From NCBI GenBank assembly GCA_965203805.1, contig OZ241917.1, forward strand, positions 1,568,001 to 1,632,000: a stretch of 64,000 nucleotides of DNA, given 5' to 3'. The notes beneath the pieces were generated by a model. It did no database searches. It had not been told where the DNA came from and saw only the letters and a program-made list of their open reading frames with translations. This document shows positions 38,116 through 47,453 of this stretch, piece by piece. Source of the DNA: Candidatus Latescibacterota bacterium. GTDB lineage: Bacteria > Latescibacterota > UBA2968 > GCA-2709665. The stretch's first letter is position 1. Each line of letters begins with the position of its first letter. A program made the position numbers and the translations under genes.

Positions 38116-39558
38116 TCACGTACCATTCAATCCCGCAAGATATTCGGCGATTTCCTTATGTCCCGCGTACCGTGCCCAGTCTTCCGGCGTGGCGTCGTGT
38201 CGATGATCTCTGATGTTCACGTCGATCCCTTTACGAACGAGATACACCACCTGTTCCATGCGGCCGGCGAAGGCGCATTCGTGCAGGATGCTGGCAGGCT
38301 CGTGGGTACTCCATCTCGTATTGATATTCGCGCCGTGATCCAGGAGATAGTCCGCGATTTGATAATTGCCGTTCTGCACCGCCCATGCCAACGCCCTGTC
38401 GACGATCTCCTGAACGCCGGCCAATGGTGTTTCTCCGGGTGGACAGACATACAGGGATGGATCACCCAACCGCGGATAGCCGTTGGTGAACCTCTTTGCG
38501 ACAGCGTCCATGTTGCCCAGACCGGCAGCGTGGGGCAGATCGTCAGGCACGGACCAGATCTGCGACAGGGCCGGAACATAGTCGGCATTCCCGTATTCGA
38601 TAGCATAGAGGATGGCGCGCGACGCCGGCGGTTCAGCCACCGTGGCGATGGCCGCGCCGCACGTGATCACGGCTTCGATCACCGGCAGCTTTCCATGGGA
38701 GCATGCCGCGACTGCAAGCAATTTCTCCTGCGTCTCGAGATATCGGGGTCCGAGTAGAAAGGGTTCGGTGGCGAGCAGATCGCGAATGGAATCCGCGTCT
38801 CCGTCGTCCAATGCAGCCAACAGCCGCAATTCCACGGCCCGGCGCCAGATCAGACCGGGATCGTCGTCCGCCTCCCTGTAGGAAAGCGTTTGTCTTCCCC
38901 CCTCAGGCCCCTTCTCCAGCAGGAAATCGATAAAGGCCGTTTTCCCCCGCCAGGCGTCCACGCGAGTTCCTAGATCGTCGTCGAACTGAAGGCAACGATC
39001 CATCAGGAAGTGCGCGACGTCGTGATGACCCAACCGGCAGGCATAGAGGAACGCATCGGCAACGATCAGCCGTTCATCCGCTGGATCGGGCCAATCCGCC
39101 TCAGCGCCGGTGTAACCGGTGCGCAGTTCCGGCTCCGGGCGTCCGACGTCGTGCAGGCCGCCGGCGGGGTCGAAACATTCCCGCACCCCATCGAGATCGC
39201 CCCTCGCGGTCAACGTTCGAAGGTTTTCCGGCAGTACGCCCTTCCCGTCAAACAGCGCCAGCATGCCGTGGGCGCCGGTGTCGATTGCCCTCAAGTACAC
39301 CCGGGGATGCATAACCGCGCCAGCGTCGAGCAGAAGGCGGGCACAGTCGGGCCGGTTGTAGACGCATTCATTCTCGGCGCCGGGAAAGTTGGCATACGAA
39401 ATGACGGCGTAGAGCAGAACGCCGCACTCGTCGTCCGGATTGTTCCACGTGAGCAGACCCGGGTGCTCCGCAACGAGACTCTCCAGGCGAGCGCTATCGT
39501 TGTCGTGGATGGCCTTCTCGGCTGCTTCTACAGCCCACTTCAACTCAGGAGCGGACAT
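38116..39558 (-). CDS. Ankyrin-repeat protein
   Basis: LLDAGA, LLDHGANIN, LHECAFAG, KGIDVNIRD..TPEDWA. Confidence 0.85.
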   Translation of the reverse strand: MSAPELKWAVEAAEKAIHDNDSARLESLVAEHPGLLTWNNPDDECGVLLYAVISYANFPGAENECVYNRPDCARLLLDAGAVMHPRVYLRAIDTGAHGMLALFDGKGVLPENLRTLTARGDLDGVRECFDPAGGLHDVGRPEPELRTGYTGAEADWPDPADERLIVADAFLYACRLGHHDVAHFLMDRCLQFDDDLGTRVDAWRGKTAFIDFLLEKGPEGGRQTLSYREADDDPGLIWRRAVELRLLAALDDGDADSIRDLLATEPFLLGPRYLETQEKLLAVAACSHGKLPVIEAVITCGAAIATVAEPPASRAILYAIEYGNADYVPALSQIWSVPDDLPHAAGLGNMDAVAKRFTNGYPRLGDPSLYVCPPGETPLAGVQEIVDRALAWAVQNGNYQIADYLLDHGANINTRWSTHEPASILHECAFAGRMEQVVYLVRKGIDVNIRDHRHDATPEDWARYAGHKEIAEYLAGLNGT

Positions 39559-39573
39559 CGGTATTTCTGTCTC

Positions 39574-40524
39574 CTACATGAGATGGCGAAACGCATCCCT
39601 GGCACGCTGGAGCCTGGTTGTATCATCAACCAGACGGGCCAACCTGTGGAAACCATAGAGCGTTTTAATCCGGTGAGTCAGCCTTGCGCGATCCCTCCTT
39701 AGAGTGCCGCATTCCCAATAGACGGGGGTGCAGGGATCTTCTTCAGCCGGCGCTTCCGTCCCCAGTTCGTCCTCGACGTTCGGCAGGGTTCTCCACAGGC
39801 GGACATGACGATGGTGGGCCTCAAGTCCTTTCTGCGCCAGGTCAGCGTAGCCACACTCAGACAGATCGATCAGCGAAGCGGCATGGTTGATAACGTGCCA
39901 CAATCCCCCGTATCCCTGTCTCCGTTCGGCAGCTGTCTCAAGAAGCTCATCCAACACCGCTTCGATCATGCCCTCCAGATTGGAATACGGCGGAAAATCC
40001 GAATGTTCCGGCAACGTGATCATGTCGCCGTCAATCCGACCTTTTTCCCTCCCGTAGTAGCCGCTTCCAGCAGATGCCCGGTCAAAGCCCCCGATCAATC
40101 TGCATATGCCATCGATGATAGACGATGTTGCGTGCATGGGGTATTCCTGGAGCGCCCTAATGGAAAGAGAGGCGAAGATCACGTTGTGACCTGAGGAGCG
40201 TGTTTCTCCGATGTTTCTAGAGAGGACATGGGCGATGCGGTCAATCTGATCTACCTGCACGGCTTCGTCCGGATACGGCAGAAACAGTTCCGACGTTGTG
40301 ATGGATCCGCCCTCGCCCGGGTCGAATACCGACTCACCATTGAGGACACGATCCAGTTCCTTCTCTATACCCGCATGAACCTTCCTGTCCAATTCACTGT
40401 GTACCTTACTGAAGAGATAGCCAGCGACGAGAGTTGCGCCCAAATGTCCTGTCATGGTATCCACAAGGTGGGCTCGGCTCAGTCCCAACAGCCCTTTTTC
40501 CAGATACTCAGGTCTAACCGCCAT
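39574..40524 (-). CDS. Hypothetical protein (His-motif, likely helical)
   Basis: 316-aa ORF with RBS; GHLG, GHNVIF, HRIK motifs. Confidence 0.75.
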   Translation of the reverse strand: MAVRPEYLEKGLLGLSRAHLVDTMTGHLGATLVAGYLFSKVHSELDRKVHAGIEKELDRVLNGESVFDPGEGGSITTSELFLPYPDEAVQVDQIDRIAHVLSRNIGETRSSGHNVIFASLSIRALQEYPMHATSSIIDGICRLIGGFDRASAGSGYYGREKGRIDGDMITLPEHSDFPPYSNLEGMIEAVLDELLETAAERRQGYGGLWHVINHAASLIDLSECGYADLAQKGLEAHHRHVRLWRTLPNVEDELGTEAPAEEDPCTPVYWECGTLRRDRARLTHRIKTLYGFHRLARLVDDTTRLQRARDAFRHLM

Positions 40525-40628
40525 ATGTCTTCTCCACGCCTTGACTCAGTGAGTCAGGCAACTCCCAAATGGCTTTCCGTCGCATCTTGAAACAGATACC
40601 CATTGATAGCGAGACAGCGGGACGTCGG

Positions 40629-41381
40629 CTATTGCCGTTCGTAGAGGGAATCAATCGGGAGATAGCCGGAATTAACCGGCAGAGCGCGCTCGACGATCCG
40701 GCCTCGCTGAACCTGAAGCGACCAGGCTCCGGATTCGGCATCGGCGGAGATGACCCTGTACCCGTCAGGCGTGAACGCGACGGCGCAGTCATTGTCGATG
40801 GCGAGGCCGTTTCCACCCTTTCGCTTTAACATATCGTGGAAATCCTGCCTCCTGGGTACGCCAGCTGTATCTCCGTTGTAGTGAGGACACGCCAGACCGC
40901 GCAGAAGTCCCATGCCGGTGACGGCTATGTAGCGCCAGTCGTCGGGGCTGTAGAAGGATATCGAGTCGCTGTGCCCGCGGTCGAACCAGCAGATCGCTCC
41001 TGCGCTCACGCCGCAGAGGACCGCGCCGTCTGTATGAGCCGCCCTGAGCAAGGCGTCGACACCAAGCCGCCGCCATCGGCGCATCATCTTGAGCGTGTTT
41101 CCACCACCGACGTAGATGATGTCGGCCCAGGCGATCTTTTCGGCTATGGACTCCGTCGATGGCGGTTGGCCAAGCAGGTAGAGCACATCGGTGTCGCACC
41201 CGTAGCTCTCTCGATACGCTCTGTCGAATGCTTCCCAGTACTCGACCGAATCGCTGCTTGCCGTCGGGATGAACAGGGTGTTTGGGTTTGATGATCCCGA
41301 CAGCTTGATGATTTCCACGTCGATGGGCCGGGTTGCCAGGGTGCTGATGTCTCCGCCACCTATTGCGACGATGCTTCCCAT
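40629..41381 (-). CDS. Peptidase S51 (dipeptidase E-like)
   Basis: FIPTAS, VGGGNT, GVSAGA, PHY. Confidence 0.92.
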   Translation of the reverse strand: MGSIVAIGGGDISTLATRPIDVEIIKLSGSSNPNTLFIPTASSDSVEYWEAFDRAYRESYGCDTDVLYLLGQPPSTESIAEKIAWADIIYVGGGNTLKMMRRWRRLGVDALLRAAHTDGAVLCGVSAGAICWFDRGHSDSISFYSPDDWRYIAVTGMGLLRGLACPHYNGDTAGVPRRQDFHDMLKRKGGNGLAIDNDCAVAFTPDGYRVISADAESGAWSLQVQRGRIVERALPVNSGYLPIDSLYERQ

Positions 41382-41436
41382 CACATGACCCCGTTGGTAG
41401 TCAATCTGTGAGCAGCGCGAGACCTGCGGACCACAT

Positions 41437-42207
41437 TTATGCGGCAAGCGAATCGTAATTCTCTTTCAGCCACGTGTTTTCTTCTTTCAGTTCCGCAAGA
41501 TCCCCACGTTGGTAGAAGATAGACCACGGGAGGAGTCCTCGGCTCCCCAGAGTCTCGGTCCTGCGGTACTCTTCCAATTGCAGATCGTTCAGGGTGTCCA
41601 GGATTGCGCTGGTATCCGTGCCGTATGTGTCAGAAAGTACAGCTAACCTGGACCTGAGATCCGGCTTATCGGAAAACCCGACTTTACTCCAGTGCGCTTC
41701 GCCTCGGAGAGGCACCGCATACCAGGCAAACTGACTGACATCGCTGAGGGGATCACCCGGCTCGGCAAAGTCCCAGTCGATTATTCCTTTCAATTTTCGC
41801 CCTTCCCAGACAGTATTCCAGGGTCCAAGATCCCCGTGCCGGATGATCATCCCGGGTCGCCAGGCTACATTGGGAACAACCCATTCGGCATCCCCGGACG
41901 GCTCGAAATCCCTCACTGCATTGTGATATCGGGACAGATAAAGCGCGACCTCGGCAAGGCCCTTTTTCTCGAGCATCACCTCCGGCCATGGTCGCCGGGC
42001 AACCTCTCCAGGGATAAACGAAAGCACCTCGCGTCCGAGTTCGTCGAATCCGAGGACACGAGGAACTCCTGAAAAGCCAACCGCCTCCAGGTAACGCAGC
42101 AGGGCATGCACGGCCGGCGTCCACCTGTGGACAGGTCTGCGCACGGTATCTCCAATCCGCACAACGGGATTGACACAACCCTGGTCGGATTCGCCCTCTT
42201 GCATCAT
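41437..42207 (-). CDS. APH-family phosphotransferase (paralog of 49563-50333)
   Basis: HGDLGPWN, IIDWDFA. Confidence 0.88.
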   Translation of the reverse strand: MMQEGESDQGCVNPVVRIGDTVRRPVHRWTPAVHALLRYLEAVGFSGVPRVLGFDELGREVLSFIPGEVARRPWPEVMLEKKGLAEVALYLSRYHNAVRDFEPSGDAEWVVPNVAWRPGMIIRHGDLGPWNTVWEGRKLKGIIDWDFAEPGDPLSDVSQFAWYAVPLRGEAHWSKVGFSDKPDLRSRLAVLSDTYGTDTSAILDTLNDLQLEEYRRTETLGSRGLLPWSIFYQRGDLAELKEENTWLKENYDSLAA

Positions 42208-42259
42208 CGTCAGATTCTCCCAATCCTGATTTGATTGCCCTCTTGTTTGGCCTCATGTC

Positions 42260-42349
42260 TCGCTACGATATGCCAGTTTGCGAACCGCCAAGGTGGCTGC
42301 CGACAGCCTGATCGGCAACGGCGCCGCAGCGCAAGACGGGCTGTTAGCA
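42260..42349 (-). repeat. attC-like site
   Basis: Minus: TGCTAAC AGCCC GTCTTGCG...GTTGCCGA..TCGGCAGC...CGCAAAC..GTAGC; L''/L' pair with one extrahelical base. Confidence 0.75.
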
Positions 42350-42372
42350 GACGTCGCCAGTAGCATTCATCG

Positions 42373-43239
42373 TCACATCAGATCCGGTTCAGGGAGTCCA
42401 AGTTCCTTGACCGTCCACTGAAGACCTGTAATGAGCTGCGCCTGCTGCAGTTTGCGAACCAACGGCGCGTGGGGCAGATCCGGCAACCCTGCACGCGAAG
42501 CGAAATACCCCGTAACGTACGACGCCAGGCGACCGGCGTCCGGAAGAATATCCTGTGGAGACGGTCCACCCTCGTGGCGAAGGCCGGGCAGCCAGAAAGC
42601 AATGTCGAGATCGGGATTGCCGGAGCAGGCGTTGTTCCAGTCGATTAGAACGGCCCGGTCGTCACGAAAGCAGATGTTGTCGCTTCTCACGTCAAGGTGG
42701 ACAAGCGCATTGCCTTCAGGTTCAACTCTATCGTGCGCCTCCAGGAGGGTGGGCAGACACTTTGTCAACCACGATTCGCTTGCGACGCGTATCGACAGGA
42801 AGGCCTCCGGGTGCGACGCGACTTCGTGCCATCCGCGATGCGTGAAGATGTCCTGATATTCGGGCACACTCGCCTGGCTCCCGTGTATCGCTGCCAGACT
42901 GTCAAGAACCCTATCGACGCGAGAAGCCGTCCAGGGCGGTGGCCACGCGTTCCCGGTCAGGTCCTCCAATATCAATAGAGGAGGTTCCTCCTCATCATAG
43001 GCCAATACGGCCGCCATGAAATCGCCGGAAAGCTGGCGGTAGACCAGAATCTCGGAATACAGCCACGCGCTGGTGCGCCGGTCCGTAGCGCACTTTGCAA
43101 ATGCCGTGTTGCCGTCCCGGAATCTTACGATTCTCCGGCAGGCGTTTGTGTAACCTCCCTGAACCGGTAACAGCCGGTCCACTTCCCGTCCGGTCAGGTC
43201 CGCTATTCGCGATTCAAGTACTTCGCAGCTATAATCCAT
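42373..43239 (-). CDS. APH-family phosphotransferase
   Basis: AFAK, HLDVRSDN, LIDWN. Confidence 0.85.
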   Translation of the reverse strand: MDYSCEVLESRIADLTGREVDRLLPVQGGYTNACRRIVRFRDGNTAFAKCATDRRTSAWLYSEILVYRQLSGDFMAAVLAYDEEEPPLLILEDLTGNAWPPPWTASRVDRVLDSLAAIHGSQASVPEYQDIFTHRGWHEVASHPEAFLSIRVASESWLTKCLPTLLEAHDRVEPEGNALVHLDVRSDNICFRDDRAVLIDWNNACSGNPDLDIAFWLPGLRHEGGPSPQDILPDAGRLASYVTGYFASRAGLPDLPHAPLVRKLQQAQLITGLQWTVKELGLPEPDLM

Positions 43240-43392
43240 GGCCCGCCTGAAGGAGATAACAGACAACGTCGCACCGTATTGCGTACCTCGAAGGCGATTG
43301 AAGAAGACCAGCGCGTCATCCGTCAAGCTGAGGACAGGTCTTACCGCAAAGCGGAAGCCGGTTGTCAGTCGGTAAACGGGTTTTCGCGGGGC

Positions 43393-44013
43393 CTACCGGC
43401 AGGTCTTCGATAGCGGCTGGTCCTCAGACACCGTGACATATCTCCACGGAATTGTGATCCCCTTGTCCTTTCTGATCGCCTGAATTCCCGGCGCGACGTG
43501 CCCGCCGCGGTAATCCGAAACAGGAACCAGGGAGTGGACAGTCGCACGTACGACTTCGTGCCCCGTTCGACAGTCGTATCCGAGATCCAACGCCGGACGC
43601 CGGCGCCTGGTTACATGCTTGCACTCGAAACCGTGAGCGTGGTCGACGACATACAGACCGGGAAAATCAGACGGCACCTCTATCCGAAGCAGGTAGTCGC
43701 CCACGACCTGTCGTACCATTTCAAGTGGCAGATCGCCGAAATGTGACCCGCTAAGCCATTTCGGGTCTGGCACCAGCAAGCCCTCAACAAAGAAACATCC
43801 CTCGAATTCCGGCGTCAGATCGGTCGCGAGAACCGGAAGCCTTGCCCGCAGGCCTCCCGAGTCCATAATCTCGTCGAGTTTGTTCCGGTGGGTGTAGTGA
43901 TAGAATACGACATTGCCCGTATCGGATTTCTCGATCCTGGCAGGATCTCCTCTGTACCCGAGGTCGGCCAGGAACATCCCCCTGCTCGTGAGAAAGGTCT
44001 CGCAGATTCTCAT
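43393..44013 (-). CDS. Hypothetical protein (possible ADP-ribosyltransferase fold)
   Basis: FYHYTH..LDEIMDSGGLRA motif. Confidence 0.65.
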   Translation of the reverse strand: MRICETFLTSRGMFLADLGYRGDPARIEKSDTGNVVFYHYTHRNKLDEIMDSGGLRARLPVLATDLTPEFEGCFFVEGLLVPDPKWLSGSHFGDLPLEMVRQVVGDYLLRIEVPSDFPGLYVVDHAHGFECKHVTRRRRPALDLGYDCRTGHEVVRATVHSLVPVSDYRGGHVAPGIQAIRKDKGITIPWRYVTVSEDQPLSKTCR

Positions 44014-44066
44014 GATGCCAAACCGGAATTTCAGAGTTACAAGAGATGGAAACGCCGGTGTATTGC

Positions 44067-44969
44067 TCAGTTCGGCGCTTGCGCAAAAGACGCAACGGAT
44101 GATGTGTACGCATGACCTCCCGCCAGCCTTCGTTTCTCAATACAACGACGAAGTTCGTCAGACTCCCAGTTCCCGCCCTCGGCCTCCTCACGCCACTTCA
44201 TATTGTATATTTCTCGCTTGCAGACGTCCAGGTGCTTTGGGGTCAGCGTGAGCCACGTCTTCCCTGAAGTGACACTTCCGAAGCCGTTGAAGCAAGGGGA
44301 GTGCATGTAGAGCAAGTTCTTCGCCAGGTACGTCAGATAGTCTTCCGAACTGTACCTGGCTCCATTGTAACTCAACTCGTCGTTGCAGAAAACGGGCTTA
44401 TGTCGGCAGAGTCGGTCCCTGGTCTCCCACGGGCTCAGGATCAGTCCTTCGGAGTCACAAAGAAACGCATTGTACGATGGGTCAACCATCACCCACTTCG
44501 AGAGAGAAGCACACCAGACCACGGTAACCAGATGATTGTCATAGTCGTATGGATTCAGGGGATTCAGAGATGCGATTCGGCTCCGCATTCCCAGAGACAG
44601 GCAGGCCTCAGTCAGCACAATAGACAGCATGAAGCAGTTGATGCCACAGTCCTCACCCTTTCCGAACGAATACCTCAAGAGTCCCAATGCGTTCATGGGC
44701 AGGGACTTGCAGACTTCGGGCCGCGATTTGGTGATGTCGCCTCGGTGGAATACGCCTTCAGACATCCACCGCATTAAATTAAGGACCCTGGACCATTCGT
44801 CTCCACTTCCGGCAACCTGGTCAAACCCGTATGCTTCGCGCAGCCGCTCGAGCTCAGGATGTGAGACCTCGTATTGGAAGCCTGGCGCCGACTCGTCCGG
44901 TAACGAATCAAACTCGTCAAACAAGCGTAAAAGCCCGCAGTTTAGCCTGAACTGGTAATTCATCGTCAC
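44067..44969 (-). CDS. Transglutaminase-like domain protein
   Basis: C (NCF), H (NHL), D (WVMVDPS) triad. Confidence 0.85.
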   Translation of the reverse strand: MTMNYQFRLNCGLLRLFDEFDSLPDESAPGFQYEVSHPELERLREAYGFDQVAGSGDEWSRVLNLMRWMSEGVFHRGDITKSRPEVCKSLPMNALGLLRYSFGKGEDCGINCFMLSIVLTEACLSLGMRSRIASLNPLNPYDYDNHLVTVVWCASLSKWVMVDPSYNAFLCDSEGLILSPWETRDRLCRHKPVFCNDELSYNGARYSSEDYLTYLAKNLLYMHSPCFNGFGSVTSGKTWLTLTPKHLDVCKREIYNMKWREEAEGGNWESDELRRCIEKRRLAGGHAYTSSVASFAQAPN

Positions 44970-45003
44970 TGCCTCAAGTTATGTTGATTCTCTCTTCCCA
45001 CTT

Positions 45004-45107
45004 TATAAATCGTTCATCCGTTACCGAACCCCGGGAGCACAGCGAAGTGGGTTGCCGGAGCCCAAGCCGCCACCGGCCCCGCAGCGCAACACCGTGCTTT
45101 TAGACGG
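45004..45107 (-). repeat. attC-like site
   Basis: R'' CCGTCTAA contains the stop of the 45100 gene and complements TTAGACGG at the cassette start (46577-46584). Confidence 0.7.
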
Positions 45108-46548
45108 TGTCGCCCCCTGCATTCAGATGCTGATCAGCAAATCTTTGGTAGACATCAGAGTCCGGTTTGCTCGCGCTGTGGAGCCAATTCACTGATGTCG
45201 CCATCATATAGGGACGCCACATTGGACTTACGATTCCGTAATTTTGGAATATCGCGACTGGGAACTTGTAGTCGTGTGCGTCAGGGTTGGCCTTTCTCTG
45301 GACAAGCTGACGCGATCTGCGCAAAAACGTGTCCAGGCCAAACGCCTTCTTGCCATATGTGAACGCCAACTTCTCCGCTTCTTCAATTCCAGACCTGTCC
45401 TCTATCTGTTGCCTCATCTCTCGACTTGGGAGCAGCGAGAACACTTCCTCCGTCGCGTCCTCACTCGATTCAATGCCTTCCTTCGGGGCAAGGTCCGTAA
45501 TCTTCCTGTCCCGCAAATTCCCGTGTTCGTGCTCAATGCCAATAAAGTTCGCGACCCATCCCACCGCTTGCAACAGAACGAAGAGCCGAGTCGTCTGACT
45601 CACAGTATCCTCGAACGCATAGTGCATCGCGTTGGCTACGGTATTCGAATGCAATGGACGCGTGTTAATGCCTCCGGATCCTGCGTATCCCCCCTGTTTA
45701 TGTCGGTGCATGAACTCACCAGCCGAAAGGAAGACTGCGTCCCAGACTGCTCCGGCAGGCACCCCAGAATCGACTATCTGACGGTACGCCATATCAGTGG
45801 CGCGATCCATCTCGCCAGCGCGAATCTCCGAAAGCAACTCCAAAGTCGAGGTCTCATCGAAGCCTGCTCTCACCCAATCTGGCGCCAAACTCGAAGCCCT
45901 CGTGGCTCGTTCCATGTTCTCTCGGTATGGTTGCGAATCCAAGTCCCCAACGCGAGACATCAGATCCGATACGATGAATCGAAGGATTGGCTCAGAGTAG
46001 TGCCATCCCACGGTTTGGAGACTTCGCCAACAATTAGCGACAGCTATGATCTTGTGGCCGATGAAGCCCCATTCCTTCGCCCCATAGTGCCAGAGTTCCT
46101 CGATAATGTCACGCGGGCTCCACGACCTACTCAGCCCAATCAGGGATCGCTCGGCTCGCCCTTGATCCCAGGAGTCCATCGCTTCTCTGAATTCCAGCAA
46201 TGCTTTATCGCCCGTTGGGTATACGCCTTCCAGAGCGTCACGTGGCGGCTTTGCGTAATTCTCTTGAGCCCTCTTCAGGCTGTCGAGACCCCAAAAGACA
46301 GGGATGAGTCGGTCTGCCCCAACTGAATCCAGGCTCATCTGATGAGCGGAATAAACCAGATACACTTCGTGATGCGTGCCTTCACAGGAACTGGCGGCAA
46401 CCAGTAGGGCTGCAAGTGCCTGCCTGTACGTGAGCCCCTTTCTGAATTCGTCGGCAAGCATCTCAACCGCTCCTTCACGCGGCACATCTATCATTCGCTT
46501 GACAATGGGCTGAAGAGCCTCGCTCAGCTCTGTATGTCGTAGCGTCAT
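45100..46548 (-). CDS. Hypothetical protein (His-motif helical repeats)
   Basis: 482-aa ORF with GAGG RBS; GHK, LHSNT, AHDYKF motifs. Confidence 0.78.
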   Translation of the reverse strand: MTLRHTELSEALQPIVKRMIDVPREGAVEMLADEFRKGLTYRQALAALLVAASSCEGTHHEVYLVYSAHQMSLDSVGADRLIPVFWGLDSLKRAQENYAKPPRDALEGVYPTGDKALLEFREAMDSWDQGRAERSLIGLSRSWSPRDIIEELWHYGAKEWGFIGHKIIAVANCWRSLQTVGWHYSEPILRFIVSDLMSRVGDLDSQPYRENMERATRASSLAPDWVRAGFDETSTLELLSEIRAGEMDRATDMAYRQIVDSGVPAGAVWDAVFLSAGEFMHRHKQGGYAGSGGINTRPLHSNTVANAMHYAFEDTVSQTTRLFVLLQAVGWVANFIGIEHEHGNLRDRKITDLAPKEGIESSEDATEEVFSLLPSREMRQQIEDRSGIEEAEKLAFTYGKKAFGLDTFLRRSRQLVQRKANPDAHDYKFPVAIFQNYGIVSPMWRPYMMATSVNWLHSASKPDSDVYQRFADQHLNAGGDTV

Positions 46549-46578
46549 GGGTTCACCTCATACCTATTGGGCGATGCC

Positions 46579-46669
46579 GTCTAACGTTTCGCCGGTTTGC
46601 GAACCGTGAAGTTGGTTGCCCAAGGCAAAGGCGGCGGTAGCCGTCGCAGCACAGACCGTGCTGTTGCAT
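46579..46669 (-). repeat. attC-like site
   Basis: Minus: ATGCAAC AGCAC GGTCTGTG...CGCAAACC GGCGAAAC GTTAGAC. Confidence 0.75.
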
Positions 46670-46696
46670 CTCGGTCGGGCCTTACAATGCAGACCA

Positions 46697-47305
46697 CTAT
46701 TTCGACAGAAGCCTTTGCCAGCGATGACCTTCGGGATACAAGACCTCCAGCCCGGCTCCCAACCATCTCTTTGCCTCGGCGGACATCAGCGGCAGGCACG
46801 TCTGAAAGTCCAGGTCATCTTTCGAACGAGGGTTCCTGGCTTTGTACAGAAGTTGGACCTCGATCCGTATACAGGGAACACTCCTGTATGCAACGATCAA
46901 TTCTCGTCGTGGCCCGCCAATCCGTCTGCTGCGCTTGCTGAACCACCTGTCGCCTTCGCTTTCAGTCAACATGATCTGAAGCTGCCATGCCTGTATGCCG
47001 GTATGGCCCCAGATGTCATGTATCCCGTAAGGCAAGTATTCTGATTCGGCCCATGGTCGCAATGAACCGGGTGGATCGGCCGCGTACAGATGCCAATCCG
47101 AGAGCCAACGATGTACGTCGATTTGCTGATCGCGAAACACGATGACGTCGATATCACCGTGGTCCCGGACACGCTTTCCCACGAACTGCTCAACCGCATA
47201 GCCACCGGCGAGTCCCCACAGGAAAGGAGCGCCAGCGAACAATTGCGTCAGTTCCTGGACGGACAACGGTTGCCACTGGCTAAACGGAATCTCAGGAGTG
47301 GTCAT
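46697..47305 (-). CDS. Nucleotidyltransferase (aminoglycoside 2''-adenylyltransferase-like family)
   Basis: AGGYAVE..RDHGDIDV, LLYKA..KD..DF. Confidence 0.85.
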   Translation of the reverse strand: MTTPEIPFSQWQPLSVQELTQLFAGAPFLWGLAGGYAVEQFVGKRVRDHGDIDVIVFRDQQIDVHRWLSDWHLYAADPPGSLRPWAESEYLPYGIHDIWGHTGIQAWQLQIMLTESEGDRWFSKRSRRIGGPRRELIVAYRSVPCIRIEVQLLYKARNPRSKDDLDFQTCLPLMSAEAKRWLGAGLEVLYPEGHRWQRLLSK

Positions 47306-47453
47306 ACAGTTCGCATTCTGCGCACAAACGGCGTCCGCTAACGCGCGAGCATTGCGGACGCAGCACCTCGTCAATCAGTGTATGAGATTCCAGGCACCCA
47401 GTCAACGAATCTCGCAGGGCCGTTTGGGTGAAGTGACGAAAAAGCTGAGAATC

